DNA from: Lophium mytilinum
Taxonomy: Eukaryota
Reading direction: 5' to 3'
Assembly: GCA_010093605.1 (NCBI GenBank)
Contig: MU004190.1
Location: 248,001 to 312,000, forward strand
DNA length: 64,000 nucleotides
Part shown: positions 24,608 through 35,337 of the stretch, in pieces
How the letters are laid out: each line of letters begins with the position of its first letter
Position numbering within the stretch: position 1 is the stretch's first letter
Notes under the pieces: generated by a model
What the model saw: only the letters and a program-made list of their open reading frames with translations
The model's database searches: none
Told to the model about the DNA's origin: nothing
Position numbers and translations under genes: made by a program

Positions 24608-25651
24608 ATGCCGATGCGACTGGTGAACAGTAAGATCACCAAGACTGCTCCCAGTAGTAACCAAGCTTCATCCTTTCGAAGCTACTCCGCAGCTCTAGCC
24701 GAGCCGATCACTTCTGTGCAAGACGAAGACTTAGAGTTCCCCGCAGTTGAGGAAGCTGATGGTGCAGTACAAAGCTCCGAATGCAATAGCGCAAAGCTTT
24801 CTGAGAACACGAAACCACCAGAAATAAACCCTACGCAGATGCCGCTTGCTGTGCAGAGAATCTTTTGGCACTCTTCCAACATACCGCGAAAGTATGGCAG
24901 CGCAACTCGCAGTGCTAATCGAAATAAAGAGCTCAAACAGCTCACCACGTGGATGGACGAACCAAGCTCTTCGGCTACGGCCCTAGGCCTTCCAAGTTCG
25001 TCGCGACAGGTAGCGCAACCACAGACTTCCGGCCTTCAGTCCAATTTCACCTCGCCAACCCCTGAGCTCATTCGCCGAATTCAGAGAGCAGCTGAGGCGG
25101 CCGTGGGTTCTGGCACATTGCTTTCAACCCTGGCGAGCGCTTGGGACCTCACCGAGTTCCACGCGAATGCCCCTAAGATTGAAACTTTCAAGGCTTCAAT
25201 GGTTATAAATTTCACTATGAAAGTCCTGTGCGATGATCCGAGGGCCAAGGTTGGAGATCGGGGTATCGTCCCTACGGAACAAGGGGTCATGCTCTTTAAA
25301 CAACGCTTTGGAATCATACTCACGATGCATGAGAACGGCTTTACGGTTGTACCCCTATACACCCACAGGGGCTCCGGAATCAGCCATTTGCATCGATCTG
25401 AGTGGCACAAGTATGCAGCAATAGGGCTAAAGGGGAGAGATCCACCTTTTGATACATACGCGCCAGGACCCCGCTTACTTCTCGACGAAAATGCGTCATT
25501 CGATATTAAGGGAAGCTCGTACGCTAGACTTAATCAGCGCCACACTATTGACTTTGATCAGAAGACCCCGCTCGATGGGTATGAAGCCGTTGTGGGATGC
25601 CTCAGCAAGGAGTCGTTCGAGGAGTTGAAGCGGCGCTGTGCAGAGGTGTAG
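24608..25651 (+). CDS. Family A copy A3, 347 aa
   Basis: MPMRLVNSKIT...SYSAAL; KQRFGIIL...VVPLYTHRGSGISHL...SSYARLNQRHTIDF...GCLSKESFEELKRR. Confidence 0.85.
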   Translation: MPMRLVNSKITKTAPSSNQASSFRSYSAALAEPITSVQDEDLEFPAVEEADGAVQSSECNSAKLSENTKPPEINPTQMPLAVQRIFWHSSNIPRKYGSATRSANRNKELKQLTTWMDEPSSSATALGLPSSSRQVAQPQTSGLQSNFTSPTPELIRRIQRAAEAAVGSGTLLSTLASAWDLTEFHANAPKIETFKASMVINFTMKVLCDDPRAKVGDRGIVPTEQGVMLFKQRFGIILTMHENGFTVVPLYTHRGSGISHLHRSEWHKYAAIGLKGRDPPFDTYAPGPRLLLDENASFDIKGSSYARLNQRHTIDFDQKTPLDGYEAVVGCLSKESFEELKRRCAEV

Positions 25652-27138
25652 AGGTGAGTAGATATCAAGATCTTCTAAGGCCGGAAGAAGGCCTGTTGGT
25701 GGCGATCCTGTATGAGTACTTTTCAGGGCGGCTGTTGAGACATCGTTGTTGTTTAAGTATCTGAGGCATCTCCAACGGCGGGTACAGTGTCAGTTACAGC
25801 TTGCTTCAAAGGCATTCGCCCACGATTTTGGCTAGAGACGAGAGGGGTTCTAACTTTGGAAACGTAAACTTTTGAATATAAGGTTCACGTTCTGGAAGAC
25901 TCGTTAAGATAGCGTTTAACTTAAGATAATCCTGCCTCTTCTACGTTAATCGTGATGATCTTTCATCATTCCAGAGCTTACAAACAATCCACGAATTCTC
26001 TTTGATGTCCATCCGCTCCCACCATCGCTTATATCCTTGTCTCTGCTGCAGAAACATAATCTTTACTCACCTTTGAATTCGTGTGATATCAAAACCTATC
26101 CCTTGAGAAATGGCGTTGATAAGAAAGTGCTAGGACAGATTCTAGGCACTCATTCTCCGCTTGCTCCAGTCAAGCGATCTAAAATGGAGCTTTGGACACA
26201 TCATATCTTCTGCTAGTACATCAAACCAGGTGCAATCTGATTTCCTCAGAGAGTCGATATTTGAAGATAAGTAACGGCAAACCAGCTTGATTGCTTATTA
26301 GGTTGTGCCTATTTGAATATTGGGAACACTCTCGCGTTGCCTAGATCGCATCAATAGACCGTAATCAAGCCATAATACGTCCTCGTCGGCGAACATACCA
26401 TTGTCAATCTTTGTTCGTGATATTGAGTACTATGGCCCTAGACCGGAGGCCTTTTCCTACTAGCTAGATAGCTTTGTGAGCAACTACATAAGAATATAGG
26501 CCGTGCGAGAGTGGTTAAAGGTTTGCTTACCTTTCAGCAAGTATAAACGTATGCCTATCCTATACTGTGGAACCTTTCACGTATTACTAGACCACAAAGA
26601 GCTCTATATGAAGGCAGCTTTGTTGAATGAATCGACGATCTTTGTTTCAGACTGTACTCAAATTGTGCAGATAGGCTATACATATAGCTGTATGTGAAGC
26701 TATTCGCGAAGTCTTTCTATTATGCTACTACCTGCCGCGTCTAAGTGTTTGGGAGGGGGTTGAATTTGTCGAAAGCTCATCTTATAGAGGTATCAGGTCT
26801 TCTTCCATTAAACTTGGCCCGCGCTCGCTCACACATTCACTCGAGAGCAAGTTCCGAGGAGTCAGCTCGGCCGTTCTAGCTACTTTCACTAATGACACTC
26901 TAAAGGAGCGGTCTGCGAGCCCTAGAATGCGCGGGATACAATTCACAATACAGTTTTTATTTGATCAAGCCATCATTTACAAGTAGGGCAATCTTTTCTC
27001 ATTCACTACTGCAATTGGTCCACCATCAACACCACGCCCACCACCACCGGCACCACCCATATCGATTTCTTCAGGGTTTCGAACACCCACAACCCCTTCC
27101 TTTCTCGCACAGACGGATCTCTCAGAAGCCGGGCTGCA

Positions 27139-28407
27139 ATGCAGCCAGCTTCCTCTAGGACAAAATCTGTGCAAGATAGCAACAAGATAAAAAGTCAGGA
27201 GGTTTCCACTGATCATTCCTACGCAGCGAGTACAGTAACGAGTTCAACAAAGAGCTGCCATCCAGTCATATCACAGGACTATAGTCCAAGTGTCACGAAA
27301 CCACGGCTGCGCCTTTTGAACACAAAACTCACAAAACCCGAGAAAGTCAAACGAAGCACCACACCGACAAGCTACTCCGCTGCAGTCTCCGGATCTCGGG
27401 TAATCCCTAACTACCCGAATAGCTTGCCTGCCACAAATGCAGTACAAGAGGAAACGTCTACTGCCATTGCAGACTCTCCAACGACGCCGCTCCAAGTATC
27501 CGGCTCAAGCTATGGGTTTCGCACCAGCTTAAGCTCGAATCAGGCAGCAGAAGTGGACCCTCTTGAGACTGCGCCAGCGGTTCAAACTCCGCTTAGCTAT
27601 GCCTCTGTAACACGGCCCCAGCTTGGGGATGCCGGCCAAAGTCTTGAGCTTAAATTAAGCATTCAACGCGGAAAGGCCCTGACAAAGCTCAAGACCTGGA
27701 CAAAGACGAGCGACTCAACCACGAACACTGGCATACCAGGCCCACAGCAGAATTTGATACCCCGCTCGAGGTTCAAAAACCGGCCAATTCCAGACAACAT
27801 TCGGCGATTCCAAAAGGCCGCTGAGGAGGCTGCAGCATCAGGAACGCTGCTCTCATGTTTTGGAGTAGCCGGAACCTCTGCCCAGGATGGCCCCAACATT
27901 GGGGAGTTCGAGCCACGCATGGTGATTAGCTTTACCATGAAGGTACCTTGCACGGATCCAAGGCTCAAACTTGGGGATCCCGGGGTCATCCTCACGAAGG
28001 AGGGTCTCATGCTGATTAAGCAACGTTTCGGGCATGTCGTACAGAAGTCCGCAAACAGCTTAAAGGTAATACCATGGTACACCCATGGGGGTGAGGGGAT
28101 CGCACATCTCTCATATTTGGCGCGTAGAGACTATGCGGGGACGGGTGTGCAGGGAATCATACCTAAGTCACTTAACTTTGCACCAGGGGATCGGCTGTGG
28201 GTGGAAGAAGGGCCGTTGTTCAATCTAGGAGAGCGCTCTTACGCCAGGGTGTCCGAGTATCATATTATTAACTTCGGCACCTTGACTCCCTTTGATAGAG
28301 TTGTCCCGGCGGGCTATTTGACCCCACAGTCTTTCGAAGAGTCGATTCGGCGCCATGAAGAGGCACTGGCCCGCAAACAGGCTCGTCTACAATCCGAGGT
28401 TGAGTAG
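27139..28407 (+). CDS. Family A copy A4, 422 aa
   Basis: RLRLLNTKLT...SYSAAV; KQRFGHVVQK...VIPWYTHGGEGIAHL...RSYARVSEYHIINF...GYLTPQSFEESIRR. Confidence 0.85.
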   Translation: MQPASSRTKSVQDSNKIKSQEVSTDHSYAASTVTSSTKSCHPVISQDYSPSVTKPRLRLLNTKLTKPEKVKRSTTPTSYSAAVSGSRVIPNYPNSLPATNAVQEETSTAIADSPTTPLQVSGSSYGFRTSLSSNQAAEVDPLETAPAVQTPLSYASVTRPQLGDAGQSLELKLSIQRGKALTKLKTWTKTSDSTTNTGIPGPQQNLIPRSRFKNRPIPDNIRRFQKAAEEAAASGTLLSCFGVAGTSAQDGPNIGEFEPRMVISFTMKVPCTDPRLKLGDPGVILTKEGLMLIKQRFGHVVQKSANSLKVIPWYTHGGEGIAHLSYLARRDYAGTGVQGIIPKSLNFAPGDRLWVEEGPLFNLGERSYARVSEYHIINFGTLTPFDRVVPAGYLTPQSFEESIRRHEEALARKQARLQSEVE

Positions 28408-28689
28408 GCTTGGTACATAAGTAGGGCATTACGCTTTAGTATACGCACTGTTGGACTTTACATTGCAAAAGTAAACTCTTAAGCATGCCAGAGGACTTCT
28501 AACGGCGGCGATAAGGTGAAAGTCTGCGAGTTCAATTTAGATGCTTTGGGCTTTGAAGCCATGCTGGGTACTATGTAGAATATCGAAGTGCTTCTAATGG
28601 TGTTGAGTAGTACGATATACGACTTAGAAGATAGCTTTTAATATACGGGCGCAAGAACTCAGCATTGATTTCAATTTATCATGGATACT

Positions 28690-29800
28690 TAGGGGTTGCC
28701 CTACGGTATTATCAGGTTCGCATTTTCTCCCATTTCCTATCAATCAATTCGCGGCATGCGAATTGTCCTATGTCTCTTATCTTTTCATGATGCGTTAGGG
28801 CTCGTCAAACAGCGTTTTCAACCTCTCAAATAGCCCCAAATTCCGCCGGTGCAATTGGGGCCCTTTGAATATCCACATCCTCGTTACACATTTCTTGCGA
28901 CTCTGGAGCCTGTCAAACGGCGGTATTATCTCGGTAAATACTACTTACCTTACGTGCGATTCAGGCCCTATCAATAATCACATCCCTTCAAAATTTTCGT
29001 GCTACGCCAAGGCACCCCCGACGGCGTCGTCAACCTGTCAAACCCTTCCAGTTTCTCACCACACGACTTAAGGCATGCAAACCTTCACATGCTCTTTTCA
29101 TTTCTCTCGCGACTCTGGGCCACACCCAACGGTGCCATTGTCCTGTTAAAGGCCCCCAAATGCCCACAGCGCAATTTCAATCCTACCAACGTTAACATTG
29201 CAACAACTATTTTTCGGGGAGGTAAAGGACCTTAGACGCCGGTGACTGGGCGTCACAAAGGAGTGAAAGGCGGCGACTTCATCTACGGTGTTGAGGTTGG
29301 AACAAGCTATCCCATCGACTAAGACTGCAGTGGGGTACCTCTTGCGGTGGTATGTAGGTGTCAAAAAGGTGTGATACGCTACGATCCAATTCGCAGTTAT
29401 GAGCTTCGGACATCGTACCCGTTACTTCAAGATGGTGACGGAGGACGCCTGACGAAGACAAAGAGGTGTCAAACAGCTGTGAAGGGAGGTGGTACGATTC
29501 AAGGAGCTGGGAATATAGCATTGTACCTGGAGGTTTCAGACCATGCTCGGACACTCCTGACGGTGATAAGTAGGTGCCAAAAGGTTGAAGAAAGGTGCGT
29601 TCCAATTTGGGACTATCAGAGTTTGACTTCGCGTCCGGAATCTTGCGAACGAGGCCGAGGTATCCTGCCAGCGGTGAGCAGCGGTCAAACAGGTGTGGAA
29701 AGTAGTAACCCCATCTACGCCCTCACATCTTTGACATCGTAGTCCGGATCTAGAAAGCATAGCGGCGGACCTCTTACAGCGGTAAGTATGTGCTAAATAA
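28690..29800 (-). repeat. Degenerate tandem array, about 11 units of ~108 bp (right array), inverted relative to the 11.5-kb array
   Basis: Core (A/G)CGG-like motif at ~28704, 28810, 28918, 29032, 29130, 29240, 29345, 29453, 29561, 29672 and 29780. AGGTG(T/C)CAAA recurs at ~29356, 29464 and 29572. Position 28766 TCCTATGTCTCTTATCTTTTCA matches the reverse complement of 11554-11575 (TCCTATGTCTCAATATTTCA). Confidence 0.75.
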
Positions 29801-30021
29801 TTGCGGAAAACCGCAACCCAACATACGACCTCACGACTTCGACTTCATCTTCAGAAACTCAAGACCAGAGCGGAGTACCTCAAGCAACCACAAGCAGCTA
29901 ACAAGGCCCACAGTAACCCTCTTCAATACCCCGCTCAAGGCGAGAATATCAATGAGGGTGGTCAGTCCCGGGCCGAAGCCCTCGCCACCAGGACCAGCCT
30001 GGCGACTAGCCCCCGTGGGCT

Positions 30022-30753
30022 CTACGAGTCCAACCCCAGGAACTCAACCGACGACGTCTCCGACGCGTCATCATCCTCCTCCTCCTCCCCGCTCTCAATC
30101 GGAGCAGTGGCCGACCACGCCAAAACCGGCGCGAATCTAAAGGCGGCGTCTGGGCACTTCCCGATCCGCGAGCCGAAAACTTTCCTCAGATCTATGCCCT
30201 TCGAATTGGAGCGGCGGCGCGGGCTTGCTGAACGGGCTCTGGGCGAGGTCGGGACACTTCCGAGAGGAGACGGAGATGCTGGTGGTGGTGCTGGTTCTGG
30301 CGCTGATTCGAAGGCTGGTGCAGCAGACATGGATGGTGGGGTGGTGTCGAACTGGTCGAAGGTCTCCAGACAGTGGTAGGTTGGCGGCAGGGCGGGCGCG
30401 GTGACGGGCTGAATCTGGTAGTGCTGGGGATGAACGCACTCGCGGCCGGCTGAATCGAACCAGCAGTGACCGGGTCCGTTGCACCATAGGCTTAGAGGCT
30501 TGGGGGCGGCCATCCAGGCGAGTAGAGACTCCAGGAGAGAGGGCGGACGCGGACGCGGGTTCCGGTGGAGGTCTGGGAGTGGACACTCCCCGCCCGCTGA
30601 TTCGAACCAGCAGGCTCCAGGACCGTAGCAAACGAGGGTTGGTGGTCGCGGCGCTGGCGTGGGTGGCACGAAGCCGAAGATGTCTCTGAGGAATTCTGCG
30701 TGCTCGCAGGGCTTCTCGAGGGCGCAGTTGATCGCGGTGGTCATGTCCAGCAT
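30022..30753 (-). CDS. Hypothetical Pro-rich protein with duplicated Cys motif
   Basis: GC-rich 243-aa ORF from ATG 30753 with two copies of LxCxGPGxCWFxSAGxEC. Confidence 0.6.
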   Translation of the reverse strand: MLDMTTAINCALEKPCEHAEFLRDIFGFVPPTPAPRPPTLVCYGPGACWFESAGGECPLPDLHRNPRPRPPSLLESLLAWMAAPKPLSLWCNGPGHCWFDSAGRECVHPQHYQIQPVTAPALPPTYHCLETFDQFDTTPPSMSAAPAFESAPEPAPPPASPSPLGSVPTSPRARSASPRRRSNSKGIDLRKVFGSRIGKCPDAAFRFAPVLAWSATAPIESGEEEEDDDASETSSVEFLGLDS

Positions 30754-31385
30754 GATGGCGATGAGGGTGGTTTGAAGGGACTTTTGGAGGCAGAACGGCG
30801 CGAGACGAGAAGCTGAAGAACAGGTCGGACGATGATGTTGAGGAGTTGGAAAGACTGAAGACAGAAGGTGATGATATATACTCTAGCCAACAATAGAGCA
30901 ATTGACAATAGAATCAATAGCGAGTTGAAGCAACAACGGCTCTGGTATCAACAATAGAGACATTGGTATTGTGAGCCATTATGGTGACCGAAAACGGTTA
31001 GCGTGGCTGGTGAAAAAGTGAAGTGGTAAATTTCTTGGAGGCCGGTTGATATCACGTGCGGTGGAGCACGATTGACGGCGAGTGCAGCCAGATCCGATGC
31101 AGCGCCTTTGACACTCATATTTGATACTAATTTACGACAGATCGTTGCAGCATTCGATTTCTTGACTCCATAATGTGATGACTTACGAAGCGTCTTAAGA
31201 TCCTAGGCTCTCCTTTTTTCGCTTTACCGACCATGATATCCTGCTAAAGGTCTCCTGGCGCATTGGCAATTTTGAGACAGAAAATGTAATTTTTACAGGC
31301 GCTAGATTGGACCTACGGTTCTGCAGCCCGCTCCTGCATCTCACGATCGCGGCGAAAGCTCGGCGTCACGGCTTCGAGGCTGAAA

Positions 31386-32381
31386 TTACACGTTCTGCTT
31401 CTTCATCCACTCCTCTGCCTCCTCTTTGAACTCTGGCCGCCATCTGGTGAGTGGAGGCCTACCATAGACGAGGTCGCCAGCCGTCCACAGCATTCGCTTT
31501 TTGTCCGTCTCCTCTGTGACATCGTTGTCGGGGCAAATGATGTAGAACTTGCCATCGGAAATGTTCTGGTACATGTAGTCTGCAACTTGAGATGATTCCC
31601 AGGCGCCCGCCGGCTTAGTGGCAGTAGATCCAGGCGCATTCCCGCTCTGTCAACGTAGTTAGCCTAGGTTTATAATATTAGTAAGTCGACGTAGGATGCC
31701 TTACCAAACCGGTGAATGTCCAGCCGGGCACGAGCAGGTGTACAGAGGTCGCGGTGTCTTTAAGATCAAAGCTGAGGTGTTCTGCTAGAGTCTTCACGGC
31801 TGACTTTGACGCGTTATATGCCGCGCTTCCCGGGGGATTCGTGATGCCTTGCTTGCTTCCGGTGATCACGATGGAGGAAGGCTTGTCACCTGACTTTTTC
31901 TGGAACTCCGGTACGAAGGCATTCAGGCCATTGATGACACCAAATAGATTTGTCTCCATGATCTGTATGGTGGTGTTAGCAACCGCGCGTGATGTACCCC
32001 CATTCTTCAGATGCTGCATTCCAAGAGGAGAGTCAGAACCACGTCTGCATGCCTCCTACCTACCTTGGCAAAATGATCCTCATCCCCCCAAGTCCCCTTC
32101 ACCCCAATGCCCGCGTTCAGCATCAGAAAGTCCACAGGTCCAAACTTCTTCACCACACTCTCCCTCAGCGTCTTCCATTCCGAGCTCTTCGAGACATCCA
32201 CCTCATACGTCTCCACATCGCTAGACGAAAGCGTCTCCTTCGCTCTAGAGAGAGTGTCGGTGTTACGGTCGACGATTGCGACACGCATCGAGTGTTTGAG
32301 ACATAGTTGCGCGACCGCGAGGCCGATGCCGGATGCGCCGCCGGTTATGAGGGCTGTGTTGCCGGCCTTGAAGACGGACAT
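31386..32381 (-). CDS. Short-chain dehydrogenase/reductase, 3 exons
   Basis: TGGASGIG, LNAG and YNASK motifs. Exons 32381-32064, 31962-31705 and 31646-31386. Confidence 0.92.
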
Positions 32382-32767
32382 GGTGGTGGAGTTTTGGAGG
32401 CTGGGTTAAGAACGTTTAGGATTGGTACAAAAGATAGGTCGAAGAAAGTGAGTGCTATATGGAAGAATGGGTTAAGAAGGTGATGATGAGGGCTGGAGAG
32501 ATGATGTCAAACACGTTATTCCCGATAAATCCGCCCGCCCACTATGAAATTGATGGGCCAATCACAATCTCGGGATTTCCTCATCGAGGGCTTGCTCACG
32601 ACAACGATGCAAAGGTAGAGAAGCGAAGAGTTAGTAGGAAAATCAGACTCTTAGCTGAGACCCAACCAAATATTCTTAGTAGGCTTATCAATTCCAATGA
32701 TCAACTTTCAAGCGCTGAAAAAGACCGCTAAGAAGATGAATGCCGATGCTAAATGCCCCATCATGTC

Positions 32768-34895
32768 TCATATATACCATCTTGATCTACTCAGCCTCCC
32801 TAAATTGCCATTTTCTGCACTCCCAATTGCAATAGCGCCTATGGGCGAATTGGAGCAGACATCTCCAATCTTCACATGCGTTCCTTTCAACAGCGCCGTT
32901 CGCTCTAGCCCACTCAGCGTGGTTCCACCAGTCGGAACCGGCAGATAAGGGTTCAAGAACGTGTGTGAAGACACGTAGCCAAGGATGTCCGGTGCGAGGG
33001 TCATGTACCGCAATATAAGACCAGCCAAAGCCGCAATCTGCAGGATGACCGAGCATATCAGAAGAATAACCATCCATACCCAATCGCACCGATACTTCTC
33101 TGGCGTTTTATGGCTAAGCAGGGCGCCGGACGCGTCGAAGAAAAGGGCGGGATAAAGCTGAGACTCTTCGCCTCCTAGGTTGGAATATTGCAGTGATGTC
33201 AGGTTTGACGGAAGCTTGCCAGAAAGAGCGGTCGTGGCAAAGGTTGACTGCCAAAATGTGTTGATAAGTATCTCAAGGCGCTGGCCTAGTACATCCGGAG
33301 AAAGGCGCCAGAGATCAACGTATGTGTAAGTCGCCCCAATGAAGTCGTTGGGATCAGACATCCATTTCTCCATATTCGTACTTCCGCGTGCACCTGCAGA
33401 TCCGACGTCAAAATTGTCGGTCGTGGGGAGGTAGCCGAAGCTGTTGAGTAGCTGGTGTTGTGCTTGAGTTTCAACCGTGGTATTGAATGGCTCCGAGACG
33501 TTTCGCATTTTGTCCGCCCGGCAAGACGTTCCGTTGCAACTAATGGCTGTTTCGACGAGGTTGAAGCCAACGACGCACTGGGCAAATGTTTGTTTCATAT
33601 CCGAGATGGACTCGGCTGTGGCATACGTGGAGTCCGAGCTACCAAGGATGATATCACATGGCCAGTTCCGGCAGCCAGTTTTGGAGTCCCCGGGCTTGAG
33701 CACCCAGGTTTCAGCTCCGGTGATATTGACCGTGCTTGCACTCACTTGCTTGTTGCTCGTGCAATTCACATCAAATTGCCGACTCTTGATATTGAATGCC
33801 GATGTTCCTGTAGCAGAGATATTTGCAATTGGAATGCCAATGAGCGAGGAGTAAGTTGTAACGTTAGTACTTTGGTCCAGTAATCGCCAACCGTCAATGA
33901 GATCAGTGTCAGGCAATGATGTCAATGGCGGAACTTTGACATTTCCCCACAGATCCATCGGAGTGTCTTGGTACTTTCCGGAGCTCAAGAGAGAGGCCAG
34001 GAAGATGGAAGTATATGTCGACCGAGCACTATTCATGGCACTAGCACCCATAAGAAACGAATCCAGGAACGCGTCCGGCTCTACGTAGCTAACGTTTCCG
34101 TTCGTTTGGATGATTTCCGTCGAGGTTTTAAGCAATCGGAGGGCTGCCTGGCCCCCGAGCGGTGAGAGAAACCACACCAGAGTCAGCGGAAGTCCGATGA
34201 AACTCAAGGCTTTGAGGCCTATAAATCGCTCCAATGCGGCGAACATGGACTGACATCCAACGAGTTGTTCTAGAGTCTAGCAGAGTAAGCACATGGCCTC
34301 CAAACACTAAACTCATACTTACAGCAATCTCAACACCTCGCTCCGAGAGATAGAGGCCAATGGCTCTGAAGCATCTTCCCATCAACCCAGCGAAAACGAT
34401 TGGGTATATGGTAGGGCTCAACAAGATGACGCGGACCAGATGAACGCCATAAGGCGAGACTTCATGGCCGTCTATTTTCCAAGAAAGAAGGGCAAGAACT
34501 AGGTTTAGTAGTCAACACGCTAATCTTCGTCTGCGACCCCTTAAGGTTTGCATACCAATGAAGGCCAAAGGTGTAAAAGCTAAGATAGTTTCACAGAAAA
34601 TCCAGAGCACGTGCCACGGTTTGAACTGTCTGAGCTGCTTCGATTGGAAAGTCCTCTTGTGTTCTAAGGGCAAGTCGCCGCCTTTGAAAGAGTCGCCGTA
34701 CGCGGTGCTTCCGCCGTACGCGGTGCTTCCCTCGAAAGTGTCGCCCGGGTAGAACGGCGTTGATGATTCTGCAATAGACGGCTCTGATACGGGCGCATAA
34801 CCTTTGCTGTTGGAGGTAGAAGTGGATGTTTGACGATGATAGGGCTGTCGAGGATACGACAAGAGGCTGATATCGTCCGAGACCCTGGAATCCAT
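32768..34895 (-). CDS. Uncharacterised fungal multi-pass membrane glycoprotein, 3 exons
   Basis: N-terminal TM segments (SPTIYPIVFAGLMGR; LSPLGGQAALR), a luminal region rich in N-X-S/T (DLWGNVKVP, YSSLIGIP), and a C-terminal TM with PDILGYVSS and ERTALLK...GDV. Confidence 0.8.
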
Positions 34896-35337
34896 GGCTG
34901 GTAGAGGGATGAGTTGGTAATCTGATTTTCAGGACGACATGGAGTGTTTGTAGTTTAGAGCAGGGCTGAAACTGAAACACGGCAGGGCTTTGGGGGCGGC
35001 GTCAAGTATATATTGCGCAGCGTATACTTGCACCGGCGAAGTAACAGGCGTGCAGTGTGGCAGCCTACTGTGTAACTGCTTGCGGCTGAGATGTAAGAAT
35101 GAAGGCTGATAAAGTGGAGCAGAAATGAGGCCCCCACAAAAAGGCTGAACACAGCATAGTTATACACGGCTCCCCCTAATGGTGATTAGCTAGCAGCTTT
35201 AGTGCATCTACGCATTAGTCGCAGATAGGGAAGGAGCCGCGTCGTCGAATCAAGGTAGGGCTTATGAAACTATTCTAGGATCCCGAGGTACAGCCTTGTA
35301 GGCATCGTCACCTCTAAAATCTCCACTGTCAACGCCC

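Noticed and set aside
29347..29742. ORF with RCQ recurring every 36 aa
   Set aside because: A by-product of the 108-bp DNA period; GTG start, and unit spacing elsewhere in the array is not a multiple of 3.
28690..29800. CRISPR array interpretation of the regularly spaced repeats (also 2680-2990 and 11500-11810)
   Set aside because: Eukaryotic context, no cas genes, and the units are degenerate along their whole length rather than identical repeats with unique spacers.
8900..31300. Starship or other autonomous giant transposon
   Set aside because: No DUF3435 tyrosine-recombinase captain, transposase or target-site repeat is recognisable in the window.
34694..34730. 18-bp direct duplication (CGCCGTACGCGGTGCTTC x2)
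   Set aside because: Simple in-frame coding duplication (GSTAYG twice) in a disordered N-terminus.
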